Of a DNA stretch of 64,000 nt, positions 1 through 10,400 are shown piece after piece. A program made the position numbers and the translations under genes. How positions within the stretch are numbered: the first letter of the stretch is position 1; the number at the start of each line of letters is the position of its first letter. Below the pieces are notes generated by a model. It was not told the origin of the DNA. It ran no database searches and saw only the letters and a list, made by a program, of their open reading frames with translations. Source of the stretch: Myxococcota bacterium (GTDB lineage Bacteria; Myxococcota_A; UBA796; CAJQPC01); contig JAZAMN010000054.1 of the NCBI GenBank assembly GCA_036229005.1, positions 17,983 to 81,982 of the forward strand, in the 5' to 3' direction.

Positions 1-38
1 CGCTCAGAGCAGAGAGCGAGGCCCGGCTCCAGGTCTTG

Positions 39-1064
39 ATGCAACACATCGACAGCCGCAAGGCGCGAACCCACACCGCGCAGGCCCTGGCCCAGCTCCA
101 GTCCACGGTGCGTCCTGAGCGGCTGACCGATTTGCTCAACGAGCTCCAGAACGTCACCAAGACCCTCCCTCAGCTCCTGGAGCAGGCCAGCTCCGCGTAT
201 GGAACTCCACCTGATCTCCAACTCACTCTCGTGCGCCTTGAGACCCTCCAGGAGCAGCTGACCCAGACCCAGACAGGCCTGCACGGGGCCTCCGCATCCC
301 TGGGGTTCGCTGCCACCGCAGCCATGCAGGACCAGGATCCCACCACGCCGTTGCTTCTGGCTCTCCGCGCAGGGATCGTCCAAGCCTTGGACGGACAGGC
401 CATCGATGCCTGGACCCAGGCCTTCGACGCCGCTACCCACTTCCGGAATCGCCCCGTCGCCCAGGGCGCCAGCGTGCCCTTGATGCAGCAAGCCCTGGAG
501 TCTCAGGACTACCAGCGCGCAGCCCTCATCCAGCACCTCCTCGCCGAGCTCAGCCCCGAGAGCCAGCGCTTCGACCACCGACTCCAGGAGGCCCTGCTGC
601 TCTCCAAGATCGGCGGCTTTCAGGACTCCATCCGCGCCCTGCTCTCCGAGTGCGCCAGCCTGGCCGACGGCATCCCCCAGCGAGCCCGCTTGCAGCTCAC
701 CCAGGGCGAGATCCTCGAGCGCCTGGGGGACTTGAAGGGAGCGCAGCGGTCCTGGACAAGGCTCATTGATCTGCCCAACGTCCAGAACGAGGCGCCCGCA
801 CTCCAGGCCAGAGGGCTCGCGTTCCTCGGCGAGGCACTGCTGAGCGAGTCCGACCCCAAGGCCTCCCCACTCTTGGAGGCCGCCATCGATCGCGGTGAGG
901 CCGCCGGTGACTGGAGCGCGGTGGGGTACGCCGCCCAGGCGCTGCTCCCCCTCCTGCGGGAACAGGACCCCAACCGCGCCTCCGACCTGGCCGAACGCCT
1001 GCGCGACATCGCCGGCAGGCTGCAGCCCGAGGCGCTGCCCGCCCTGGATCAATGGCTGGGCTGA
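39..1064 (+). CDS. Hypothetical helical protein, N-terminal coiled coil and C-terminal TPR-like repeats
   Basis: Long ORF rich in Leu/Gln/Ala. TPR-like segments such as LTQGEILERLGDLKGAQRSW and GLAFLGEALL. ATG at 39 (TTG at 36). Confidence 0.6.
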   Translation: MQHIDSRKARTHTAQALAQLQSTVRPERLTDLLNELQNVTKTLPQLLEQASSAYGTPPDLQLTLVRLETLQEQLTQTQTGLHGASASLGFAATAAMQDQDPTTPLLLALRAGIVQALDGQAIDAWTQAFDAATHFRNRPVAQGASVPLMQQALESQDYQRAALIQHLLAELSPESQRFDHRLQEALLLSKIGGFQDSIRALLSECASLADGIPQRARLQLTQGEILERLGDLKGAQRSWTRLIDLPNVQNEAPALQARGLAFLGEALLSESDPKASPLLEAAIDRGEAAGDWSAVGYAAQALLPLLREQDPNRASDLAERLRDIAGRLQPEALPALDQWLG

Positions 1065-1738
1065 GGCTCCCCGCGCTGACGCGCCTGCGCGCGCTCCTGT
1101 TGGATAGAGGCCTGGAGCTGGGCGAGCTGGACGCCGTGCCCGGGCCCCCACCCGACCCCCGCCCGCTCCTGCAGCCCCTGCTGGAAGAGCTGGAGTCGGC
1201 CCGCCACCAGGCCCAGACGCAGTGGGGCACCCTGAGCTGGCAACAGCAGCTTCTGGAGGCCTCGCTGGACGCCGGAGTCCCCGGAGCGAGCCCCGCCGCG
1301 CTCTCGGAGCTGGAGCAGGCCCGGGCAGCCCTGGTCGAGCGGCTGCGGGCGCTCCACGCACAGACGGAGGCGGTCCGAGCTCGGCTGCACGCCGATCTGG
1401 CCCTGCGGGAGCAGGCGCTCTCCGGGATCCAGGACCCAGCCGCACCTCGCTTGGGCCTGCTGGGTGATGACGGGCCCTTGGGACAGTCCGTGTTCCAGGC
1501 GGTGCAGACGGCGATCCTCGAACAACACGATCGCCTCCTCATCCAGGAACAGAGCGCCCCCGAGCACCCCCCGGAGTTCTATTGGGCGCTCAAGGATCGG
1601 CTGGACCACGAATACGAACGCGCGCCGGCGCTGCGGACCCTGGCGCTCTCGGAGGGCCTGCCCCAGCTCCGGGAGACCCTGGGCACCCTGGAGGACGTCG
1701 ACCGGGCCCTCAGCTCCGGTCCCGCGCCCAGGTCGTGA
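1052..1738 (+). CDS. Hypothetical coiled-coil protein
   Basis: ATG overlaps the end of the previous ORF. Genome-typical codon usage and heptad-like Leu/Glu/Gln pattern. Confidence 0.6.
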   Translation: MAGLRLPALTRLRALLLDRGLELGELDAVPGPPPDPRPLLQPLLEELESARHQAQTQWGTLSWQQQLLEASLDAGVPGASPAALSELEQARAALVERLRALHAQTEAVRARLHADLALREQALSGIQDPAAPRLGLLGDDGPLGQSVFQAVQTAILEQHDRLLIQEQSAPEHPPEFYWALKDRLDHEYERAPALRTLALSEGLPQLRETLGTLEDVDRALSSGPAPRS

Positions 1739-4226
1739 CCACCGTGATGGCCAAAAACACGGCGATGAAGCCGCCCAGCGCCATGCAGAGCTGGCCCACC
1801 TCCAGACCCATGTCGTCGACGTTCGAGCCCTTTAGCCCCAGCTCGTAGAGGGGACCGCTCAGGGGCCTGCGGTCCCACTTGCCGGGGATGCGGCTGGTCT
1901 CCTCCAGGTGGGAGCCCATCTTGAGGCTCAGGTCGAAGGCGTAGCGCTGCATGGTGACCCAGGTGAAGGCCTTGGGCAGGGGTCCCATGTCGCGCAGGCT
2001 GACCATGATGCTGGAGAAGCAGATGTTGGGGATGAGCAGCAGAGGCAGCGTACCGACGGCGGCTTCGCTGGAGGTGTAGAGCGCCGAGAGCATCAGCCCG
2101 AGCGCGAGGCCCGTGAGGCCCGTGAGCACCTGGGCAAGGCCGAGATCCGCCAGGCCGTAGCCGTAGTCCCCCAGCCCCATGGAGAGCCAGACGATGGCGG
2201 TGAACGCGAAGGTCTGGAGCGCGTTGAGGGCGGCCAGCACGGCCAGCTTGGAGCCCAGGTAGGGCAGCACGCGCACGCCGACCTTGCGCTCGCGACGCCA
2301 GATGGTGCGGTCGATGATCAGCTCGCGCACCGACATGGACATGCCGAACCACAGGCAGCTCAGGGAGAGCATGAACACAAGGCGGGTGGTCGGGACCGGG
2401 AAGACGATCCAGATGAGCAGCGCCAGGATGGGGGGCTGCACGGCAAGCACGGCCAGACCGGAGCGATCGCGGAGCTTGGTCTTGGCGTAGCGGGTGGTGA
2501 GCGTGAGCCACTGGGAGAGCGGCCCGGCCCGGCGGGTGACCTGGGGAGAGGCCGGCTCGCTGACGACCTCCCGCCCGTCCAGCAGGTGGGCGCGGGTGGC
2601 CACATAGCTGCGGTAGTCGGGGCTCTCGCGGAAGGCCTGGGCCCACTCGCGGGGGCTGGACTCCTCCAGGCGATCGAAGATGCGGTCCGGGCTATCCACG
2701 CCAAAGTGGGATGCGGCGCTGTCGGGCGGCCCGAAGTAGGCGACCCTACCGCCTGGGGCCATGACCAGCAGATGATCCACCAGCGCCATCACGGCCGGCG
2801 TGAGGTCATGCGTGACCAGGAACACGATGCGCCCGTCGTCCGCGAGCTGGCGGATCTGGCGCACGATGGACTGGGCGGAGCGCGGGTCCAGGCCGGAGGT
2901 GGGCTCGTCCAGGAAGAGCACTCGGGTGTTCCGGGTGAGCAGGTCCTGGCCCAGGTTGACGCGCTTGCGCTGCCCGCCGGAGATGCCGCGCTTGAGGGCG
3001 TCGCCGATGCGGCTGCCGCGGATGTGCTCGATGCCTAGCTCGTCCAGGACGCGGTCGACCTCGCCGTCGATCTCCTCGGAGGAGACGTCGGAGGCGTAGC
3101 GGAGGCGGCCGGAGAAGCGGAGGCTCTCCTGCACCGTGAGCTCGGGGTGGACCAGGTCATCCTGGGGGACCAACCCCACTGCGGAGGCGTCCTCCTTGAG
3201 GATGGCGTGGAAGTCCCGGCCGCCCAGCAGGACGTCTCCGGTGTCGGCGGGGGCGATGCCGGCGATGGCGTTGATCAGGGTGGTCTTGCCCGCGCCGGAG
3301 GGCCCCACCAGGGCGACAAGCTCTCCGGAGAAGACCGAGAACGAGACCCCCTCCAGCAGGGTGATGGGCTCGGGGCCGTCCTCGATGCTGCGGTTGAGCT
3401 CGCGGACCTGCAGCGCGGTGAAGGAGCGGTGCCCGAAGGCGTGGAGCTCCTCCTCCGTGAGGCGGATGGACCAGGGACCGACCTTGAACTGCTCGCCGGG
3501 CGCCATGGGCCGCGAGGAGATGGGCTGGCCTGCGACCAGGGTGGGTCGGCCCGAGCCGGCGTCGACCAGGCGCCAGCGCCCCTCGCCCCGCATCAGGGTG
3601 CAGTGGTGGCGAGCGACCTGCGGGTCCGGGAGCACGACGTCGTTTCCGGCGGCGCGGCCGATGGTCAGGCGTTCCCCGACCAGGGGCCAGGTGAGCTCTC
3701 CAGCGGCGTGGCGCGGGTCGTAGCGCTGGAAGAGGGCGGACACCAGCACGGGGTCCACCCCAAGCGCCACCGCGGCCTGCTCCAGCGAGCGGGCCTCCTC
3801 GGGGTCGAGCTCGCCGTTGGCGGCGGCCACCCGGAACATGGCGTCCAGGAGCAGCAGGGAGTCCGCGGCGCCGTAGTGGTCGGCGAACGCGGGGAGCGAG
3901 AGCTCGGCGGCCCGGGCCTCGGCCAGCAGGGTGGCCGCCTCCGCGCCGAAGCGGGAGCTGAACGCACGGACCTCGTCTGCGCCGATCTCGCTGCGATGTT
4001 GGGGTGAGAGCGCGAGGTTCAAGAGGAGGGCCCGGGCCGCTTGAGGCAGACCGGTCCTCGCCTCCAAAGCCTGATGGAGGACCTCTCGCTCGGCGCTCCC
4101 GAGATCACCACCACGCCCGCGGACGAGGAGCTGGGCCATGTCGGCGGCCAGCTCCACGGCCTCGGGGTCGAGCTCCTCCCCCCGGATCACCAGGGCGGAG
4201 GAGAACGCGTCGCTGAGGCGACTCAC
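1710..4226 (-). CDS. ABC exporter fusion: TerB-like + FHA + ABC ATPase + ABC-2 permease
   Basis: Walker A GPSGAGKTT, signature ISGGQRKR, Walker B LFLDEPTSGLD and C-terminal TM helices. FHA-like LTIGRAAGNDVVLPDPQVARHH. TerB-like LDAMFRVAAANGELDPEEARSL. GTG start at 4226 just after the upstream stop. Confidence 0.85.
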   Translation of the reverse strand: MSRLSDAFSSALVIRGEELDPEAVELAADMAQLLVRGRGGDLGSAEREVLHQALEARTGLPQAARALLLNLALSPQHRSEIGADEVRAFSSRFGAEAATLLAEARAAELSLPAFADHYGAADSLLLLDAMFRVAAANGELDPEEARSLEQAAVALGVDPVLVSALFQRYDPRHAAGELTWPLVGERLTIGRAAGNDVVLPDPQVARHHCTLMRGEGRWRLVDAGSGRPTLVAGQPISSRPMAPGEQFKVGPWSIRLTEEELHAFGHRSFTALQVRELNRSIEDGPEPITLLEGVSFSVFSGELVALVGPSGAGKTTLINAIAGIAPADTGDVLLGGRDFHAILKEDASAVGLVPQDDLVHPELTVQESLRFSGRLRYASDVSSEEIDGEVDRVLDELGIEHIRGSRIGDALKRGISGGQRKRVNLGQDLLTRNTRVLFLDEPTSGLDPRSAQSIVRQIRQLADDGRIVFLVTHDLTPAVMALVDHLLVMAPGGRVAYFGPPDSAASHFGVDSPDRIFDRLEESSPREWAQAFRESPDYRSYVATRAHLLDGREVVSEPASPQVTRRAGPLSQWLTLTTRYAKTKLRDRSGLAVLAVQPPILALLIWIVFPVPTTRLVFMLSLSCLWFGMSMSVRELIIDRTIWRRERKVGVRVLPYLGSKLAVLAALNALQTFAFTAIVWLSMGLGDYGYGLADLGLAQVLTGLTGLALGLMLSALYTSSEAAVGTLPLLLIPNICFSSIMVSLRDMGPLPKAFTWVTMQRYAFDLSLKMGSHLEETSRIPGKWDRRPLSGPLYELGLKGSNVDDMGLEVGQLCMALGGFIAVFLAITVVTTWARDRS

Positions 4227-4230
4227 GGCA

Positions 4231-4671
4231 TCAGCGGTAGGTGACCGCCATGCCCACGCCCGCAGCGGCGGTGGTGTCCGCCAGCTCCGTCGCGTGCACG
4301 GCCACGTAGTAGGTCGCGGTCGTGGTGGGCTTGTGGCTGACGCTGGGCTGGCGGTCCTGGCTGTCGTCCTGAGCCAGCACGTTGCCATCGGAGTCGTAGA
4401 GCAGCACGTCGACGTTCTTTGCGTGCGCGTCCGCGCAGGCCGAGATCTTGTACTCGTTGCCCTCGTACAGGGTCACCATGTAGATCCGGTGCTCGCCCTG
4501 CTTGAGGGAGGCAGAGGTGGCGGTCCGGACGGCCCATCCGTCGTTGTAGCCGTCCCAGATCTTGGTCCGAAGGCAGCTCTCCGCCTCGTCCTCGTCAGCG
4601 AAGGCCGCTGGTGTGGCGACCAACGCGCCCGCAACGAGGGCGACGGCAAAGGGGGCCAGGAGCTTCTTCAT
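4231..4671 (-). CDS. Secreted small protein with PPC-like (pre-peptidase C-terminal) beta-sandwich
   Basis: Sec signal MKKLLAPFAVALVAGALVATPAAFA. Pattern NVDVLLYDSDGNVLAQDD...TATYYVAV is typical of PPC-like domains. Confidence 0.7.
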   Translation of the reverse strand: MKKLLAPFAVALVAGALVATPAAFADEDEAESCLRTKIWDGYNDGWAVRTATSASLKQGEHRIYMVTLYEGNEYKISACADAHAKNVDVLLYDSDGNVLAQDDSQDRQPSVSHKPTTTATYYVAVHATELADTTAAAGVGMAVTYR

Positions 4672-4680
4672 GTCAGCCTC

Positions 4681-5532
4681 TCAGAGCAGGTCGAGCACGG
4701 CGGTGGTGCTGGACTGGATGTTCTTGACGTCCTCTTCCGAGAACTGCTCCTTCTTGCAGATCCCGTCCAGCGTCTCCAGGGTGGTCTTGAGCTGGGCGAT
4801 GACCTCGGAGGGAGCCTTGTCCTGGCCTTCGGCCTCGACGTAGCCCTGGAAGTAGTCCACGACCGCAGGCTGGCGCAGCAACGCCGCCGACTTGTCGTAG
4901 TTGCCGGACTCCACGATGGCCGACGACACCAGGTTGGCGCCGCCCAGCCAGGAGCCGGCCTGGATCAGGGGCACCGAGCGGGAGCCGGCCTCGTACTCGA
5001 TCTCGGGGATGACCGCGCCGGAGAGCTCGTCGAGCTCCTTGACCAGATCATCGCGGGAGACCGCGTCGTTCATGACCCGATCGTTGATGTCCTGGATGGT
5101 GGCGCCGATGTCGTCGCCAGCGCCGAGCTGCTCCATGCCGGTCTTGATGTCCATGAGCTGCGCGGACAGCTTGTCCTTGGGCGCGGTCTTCACGGTCAGC
5201 AGCAGGTCGGCGAGGATCACGCCGGTGCGCACTGCCACGACGTCCTTGTTCGGGACGTCCATCTTGAGCTTGCGGTCGGGGACCTTCTCCCCGAGCTTGG
5301 CCTGGATGCCAGCGGCGTCGAGCGCCTTCTGCATCTCCGCGGGGCTGGGCACCAACGCGATGTTCTCGGCGTCCTTGCTGAGCTCCTCCACCGTCAGGGT
5401 CTCAGGCTGCGCCTTGGGCTCGACCTGGGCGGGCTCAGGGTTGGTCGTGGGCTCGGGGTCGCCGCCACTGCAAGCGGTCAGCGCACCGAGGGCCAGGAGC
5501 GCGGCGAGCGCGCGGGGCCGGGAAATCAGCAT
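4681..5532 (-). CDS. Helical lipoprotein of unknown function
   Basis: AGGAGG RBS, ATG at 5532 and lipobox LTAC. Amphipathic helical body (VPSPAEM...TGVILADL...LIQAGSWLGG). Confidence 0.75.
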   Translation of the reverse strand: MLISRPRALAALLALGALTACSGGDPEPTTNPEPAQVEPKAQPETLTVEELSKDAENIALVPSPAEMQKALDAAGIQAKLGEKVPDRKLKMDVPNKDVVAVRTGVILADLLLTVKTAPKDKLSAQLMDIKTGMEQLGAGDDIGATIQDINDRVMNDAVSRDDLVKELDELSGAVIPEIEYEAGSRSVPLIQAGSWLGGANLVSSAIVESGNYDKSAALLRQPAVVDYFQGYVEAEGQDKAPSEVIAQLKTTLETLDGICKKEQFSEEDVKNIQSSTTAVLDLL

Positions 5533-5736
5533 GGAGGGTCCTCCTTGGGGCCTTGGGATCCAAGCATCGGAACGAAAGGCTACGACCTGAACTTTCTCTT
5601 TGGCAAGCGGGCCCGGGGAGTTGACGCCGCCCGCACATCCTGTCGGACCGACGCCAGCTTCCGATGAGCCCCCCAAAAACGACGCGGCCCCGCGCCGGGG
5701 CGATCCGGGCGGGGCCGCAGGGGCGGGGCGAGGCGC

Positions 5737-6663
5737 CTACTCCTCGGGGTACTCGGCCTCAGCGAAGGCGCACGCGCCCTGCTCACCCTCAACCACGCCC
5801 TGCCAGGAGGTCTCCTTGTAGACCGACGAGAAGCTGGTGTCCCAGCACTCGCTGGAGAGCGCAACGTTGTCCCCGAGCTCACCACCCGTGACCAGCGCGT
5901 CCGAGCGGCCCTCCCCGACCTCGGTCCACCGCGAGCGCACCACATACAGGAGCTCGGCCTCCTCATCGGCCCCGGCGGTGGTCCACCCCAGGTCCATGCT
6001 CCCCTCCCCCTCGTGCACCTGATCGTAGCGGTAGAGGGCGTCCACGGGCTCGGCCCCGTCCTGGAAGTCGTTGAACGCGGCCTCGCCACGCACGCCCTCC
6101 TCGTCGACCTCGTAGTCCACCGCGTACTCCCCGGTGGCGCTCTGGTTGGGATCCAGGGCGTTGATCATGTCGAAGTCGATGTAGAAGCGACCGCTGTGCA
6201 CCTCTCGCGTGGAGCCCGCGTCCACCTCTCCCACAATGACCGCCACGTACTCGGAGTCGTCGGCGCCCTTGGGCTTCTGCTGGAACTGCCAGGAGGTGCT
6301 GCCGTCGTCCTGCAGTTGGACGCTGAGCAGGGTGTCCACAGGGTCCAGGGCGTCCGACCAGGGGCCCCAGACCGCGTGGTTCTGGTCCCCGTCCACGTAG
6401 CTGGCCGGGTAGTCGGTGATGGTGTCCACCATGCCCAGCACGAAGCCCGTCAGCCCGTTGATCGAGCGGGTGGTCGAGGCGGTGAACAGGTAGGCCTGCG
6501 ACCACTCCCCGGCGGCCTTCGCCGCGCCGTCCTGCACGGGCATGTTGATCAGCAGGCGCTCGTCGGGGAGGTTCTCGGTCAGCTCGGAGCCCGGGGCGCC
6601 CGGCAGGCAGCCGCTCAGGGCAGCGGTGGAGAGGACGGCGAGGGAGAGGGCGGCGCGCTTCAT
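5737..6663 (-). CDS. Acidic beta-rich lipoprotein of unknown function
   Basis: AGGAG RBS, ATG at 6663 and signal MKRAALSLAVLSTAALSGC. Strong coding bias. Confidence 0.75.
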   Translation of the reverse strand: MKRAALSLAVLSTAALSGCLPGAPGSELTENLPDERLLINMPVQDGAAKAAGEWSQAYLFTASTTRSINGLTGFVLGMVDTITDYPASYVDGDQNHAVWGPWSDALDPVDTLLSVQLQDDGSTSWQFQQKPKGADDSEYVAVIVGEVDAGSTREVHSGRFYIDFDMINALDPNQSATGEYAVDYEVDEEGVRGEAAFNDFQDGAEPVDALYRYDQVHEGEGSMDLGWTTAGADEEAELLYVVRSRWTEVGEGRSDALVTGGELGDNVALSSECWDTSFSSVYKETSWQGVVEGEQGACAFAEAEYPEE

Positions 6664-6819
6664 GGGGGGCTCCTGTTGCGAATGTCTGCCCGCTTGCCGG
6701 GCTCGCAGGGATGGACCCTCGGGCCGGGCCCGATCGAAAAGGGGGCGCGCGCTTTTTGGGATCCCCCGCCCAAGCCACCCGGTTAGCCAAGGCCAGAACA
6801 CTGGCCTGGAGATCCCCCC

Positions 6820-7308
6820 GTGGAGCACATCGACGCGCTGATCAAGGAACTCAAGGACGCCGACGACGAGCGGCAGGAGGCCATCAAGGCCGAGCTGATC
6901 GCGGCCTGCCAGGCGGAGGGTGGTCGCGCCGTCCGTGACCACATCGAGTCCTCCTCCCGCAGTCAGGTCCTGCTGGTCCAGTGGGAGCTGGATGAGGTGT
7001 TGGAGGCCACCGCGCCAGCTCCGGTCGCACCGCCTGAGCCCGAGCCCGAGCCCGCACCGGAAGAGCCCGAGCCCGCCAGCGAGGACACCGAGAAGCCGCT
7101 CACCGCCGCAGACCTGGACATGGTGTACGACGACCCCCGCGGGCTGGTGCTGCACAGGACCAAGGACGGCAAGCGCTGGTTCGCCACCCAGGTCAACCCC
7201 CAGACCGGGCAGCCCCAGACCTTTGAGCTGCACCCCCAGGAGATCGACCAGATCAAGGCGCAGCTCGCTGGCTCGCCCTATTGGTCGCTGGGCTCCGGTC
7301 TGGCCTGA
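6820..7308 (+). CDS. Hypothetical two-domain protein with Pro/Glu linker
   Basis: GGAG RBS with GTG start, strong codon bias and linker PPEPEPEPAPEEPEP. Confidence 0.7.
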   Translation: MEHIDALIKELKDADDERQEAIKAELIAACQAEGGRAVRDHIESSSRSQVLLVQWELDEVLEATAPAPVAPPEPEPEPAPEEPEPASEDTEKPLTAADLDMVYDDPRGLVLHRTKDGKRWFATQVNPQTGQPQTFELHPQEIDQIKAQLAGSPYWSLGSGLA

Positions 7309-7435
7309 GCGCCGGGCCGGGTCCCGCCGGGACAGAGAAATCCGCGCCGTTTTGACAACGGGTCCGCACGCCCGTACCAGAATGCGAGCCTGAAGAACCG
7401 GTAAGCCGATGAAAGGCTTACGCCAGGAGACCTGA

Positions 7436-10400
7436 ATGCTGAACCGGCCGCTGCTGTCCCGTGCCCTGCTCATCGCCCTCTTCTCCGCCCCGATGGTGGT
7501 GGCCGTCACCGACTCGGCCCCCGCGGCGGCCCAGGGTGCCTCGCTGTTCGCCAACAGCAGCGGGATGGTTCACCTGCTCTCCCCAAGCGCGGTTGTTGGG
7601 GACGGCAGCTCCACCGCCACCCTCTTCCTCCTCGCCCTGAACCCGGATGGCAGCCCCATGACCGGCCTCAAGGGGCGGATCGGCGCGGACCAGGGCGGCA
7701 CCTCCGATCTCAAGGATCAGGGCAACGGGCTGTACAGCTTCGACTACACGCCCCCGATGGTGAGCGCCGCGACCAAGGTCAGCTTCTCGCTCAAGGCCAA
7801 GACCGCTGCCAAGGTCAGCATGGACAAGGACTTCGCCCTCTGGGTGAACCCGCCCCTGCCCGCGCAGCTCACTGTCAGCTCCAGCCCCACCGAGCTGGTG
7901 CTGGGTCAGGACCAGGGCGCCGCTCTGAACATCCGCCTGACCGGCCCCAATGGCGAGACCGCGGCGGACGGCGGCCAGCTCCTGGTCAACACCGAGTACG
8001 GCAGCGTGGAGTCCCTGACCTACCTGGGCGGCGGCGCCTGGACCGCCCGCTACGTGCCCAAGGCGGTCAACTACCCGCACCTGGACGTGGTGACCTTCGC
8101 CGACGCCCGCGACCCCTCCAAGGTGTACGGCACCCACGTGGTCTCGATGGTGGGCAAGACCAACTTCCCCATCTCTGATGCCACCCCCAACAGCACCGTG
8201 ATGCTGCGCATCGGGGAGCGCGACTTTGGCCCCTACCAGGCCGACACCCAGGGCAAGGTCAGCATCCCCGTGACCGTGCCCCCGGGCATCCCCACGGCCA
8301 CCCGCATCACCATAGTCAATGGCGAGCAGCGGCAGGAGCCCTTTGACCTCCAGCTCCCCAAGACCCGCCGCCTGGCGCTCTTCCCCATGGCCACGGTCCC
8401 CGGCGATGGCGAGACCAGCGTCCCTGTGCGGATCGCGGTCCGCACCCCCGAGGGCAAGGCTGACGGCGGCGCAAAGGTCAGCCTCTCCTCCACCTCCGGC
8501 AAGGTCTCCCAGCCGGTGCACGAGGGGAACGGCATCTACCGCGCCGACTTCACCCCCTCCCGCAGCGCCGCGGGGGAGACGGTCACCCTGAGCGCATCGG
8601 TCGCCGGCGAGGCCAGCAAGTCCGACCTCCAGGTCCAGGTCGCGCCCGCGCTGCCCAACCAGCTCAAGCTCACCGCCGAGCCCACCCAGCTCAGCGCTGG
8701 CGCCACCGGCTTCAAGGTCTACGCCAAGCTCACCGACCCGGCGGGCATCGGCATCGAGGGCGCCGCTCCCGCGTTCGTGGTGGCCGGCGCCAAGGCCAGC
8801 GGGGCCCCCCGCGACCTCAAGTCGGGCGACTACCAGTCCAGCTTCAGCACCACGGGGGCCGACTCTGTGCTGGTGACTGCCCTGGCCCTCGGCGCGCCCT
8901 CGGGCAACCCCATGTCTCGCGTGGTGGTGCTGCCCTCCTCCGAGCGCGTCACCAACGATGGCCGCAGCACCGTGGTCGTCTCCGTGCTGAGCGTCGACCA
9001 GTTCGGCTACCCCGTTCCCGACCAGCCGGTCACCCTGCGGGTCAACGCCGGCGACGGCCGCCTCCCCTCCGAGGTGCGCACCGACGCCCGCGGCCTGGCC
9101 ACCGTGACCTACGCCGCTGGCAGGACCGCCGGCCCCGTGGACATCGAGGCCAAGTCCGGCGGCCTCTACGGCTCCGCCACCCTGCTCCAGGTCCCCGCCA
9201 GCGTGGACATCGACCTGCCTGCCAGTGGCAGCGCCAGCGTCGTTTCCCAGGACGAGCGCCTGGCCCGCCTGGTCCAGACCGTGCTCATCCCGCGGGAGGG
9301 CGCCTCTGGCGTCGCCCTGGCGACCATGGATGACACCTCCGGCACCGTCGGCCCCGTCACCACCCTCGAGGTGGCCGCCAGCCCCGCCGAGGTCGCACCG
9401 GGCGGCAGCGTGACCATCAACATCACCGCCCGCGACCAGCAGGGCCGCGCGGTCGCCGACGAGGACCTCAAGGTGCTCGCTACCGGCGGCGTGATGTCCG
9501 CAGTCCAGAAGCGCGGCGGCGGCAGCTACAGCGCCACCCTGACGGTCAACGCGGACGCCAGCGGCGACGCGATGGTCGTGGTCACCAGCGCGAACGGCAA
9601 GGTCAGCCAGGCCCTGCCGGTCCCCATCGCCGCCAACCTCTGGGGCAGCGCCCCCGAGGCCGCCGTCGTGGAGAACACCACCCCTGAAGGCCCCGCTGGC
9701 GCGGCACCGGAGACCACCCCGGTCGCCCCCCTGCCCCCTCCCCCGGAGCCCCCCACCGCCCCCAAGGCCGAGGGTGAGTTCCCCAACGGGCGCGTGCGGG
9801 TAGCCGGCGTGTTCGGGTCCTACGACTACCGCCAGGCCCCCACCGAGAACCCCAGCGCGCTGTGGAACGACGCGGTCAACGTCGCCACCGGCATCGCGGG
9901 CTTCGAGGTCGACGGCTACGGCTACCTGCCCAAGCTCCCCTACCTGGGCGCCGAGGCGCAGTTCCGCATGGGCCTCTACAGCCTGGTCTGGCCGGGCACG
10001 AGCGAGGAGCAGGCCATCGGTGACCAGGTCCCCCGCCTGAACGTCAGCGTCCTGGGCCGCCTCCCCTTCCAGGTGGGCGACAACCAGCTCCACGTGGGCG
10101 CGCGCGCCGGGTACCTCTACGGTGACTTCATCACCTACCAGCAGGGAGCCACCGAGACCCAGCTCAACTACGACTCCGTGGGCCTGCCTGGCGGCTGGAC
10201 CTTGGGCGGTGAGCTCGGCGCTCAGTTCAGCCAGCGCGCGCACATGCGGGCCGTCTACACAGCGGGCTTCAACCAGGTGAACCTCTACGACCACAGCGTC
10301 ATGGTGGACCTGGGCGTGCGCCCCTCCCTGGACCTGCCTCTGTCCCTGGTCGGCAGCTTCCAGTACACCGCCCGCGACATCGAGGTCGTGACTGCCGGCG

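Noticed and set aside
36..1738. Anti-phage defence or toxin role for the first two hypothetical genes
   Set aside because: No nuclease, NTPase, TIR or SIR2 motifs are seen, and the upstream context is outside the window.
7352..7383. Sigma70 promoters at TTGACA (7352 and 17871)
   Set aside because: The -10 hexamers at 17 bp spacing are weak (TACCAG, CACAAC) and cannot be supported without TSS data.
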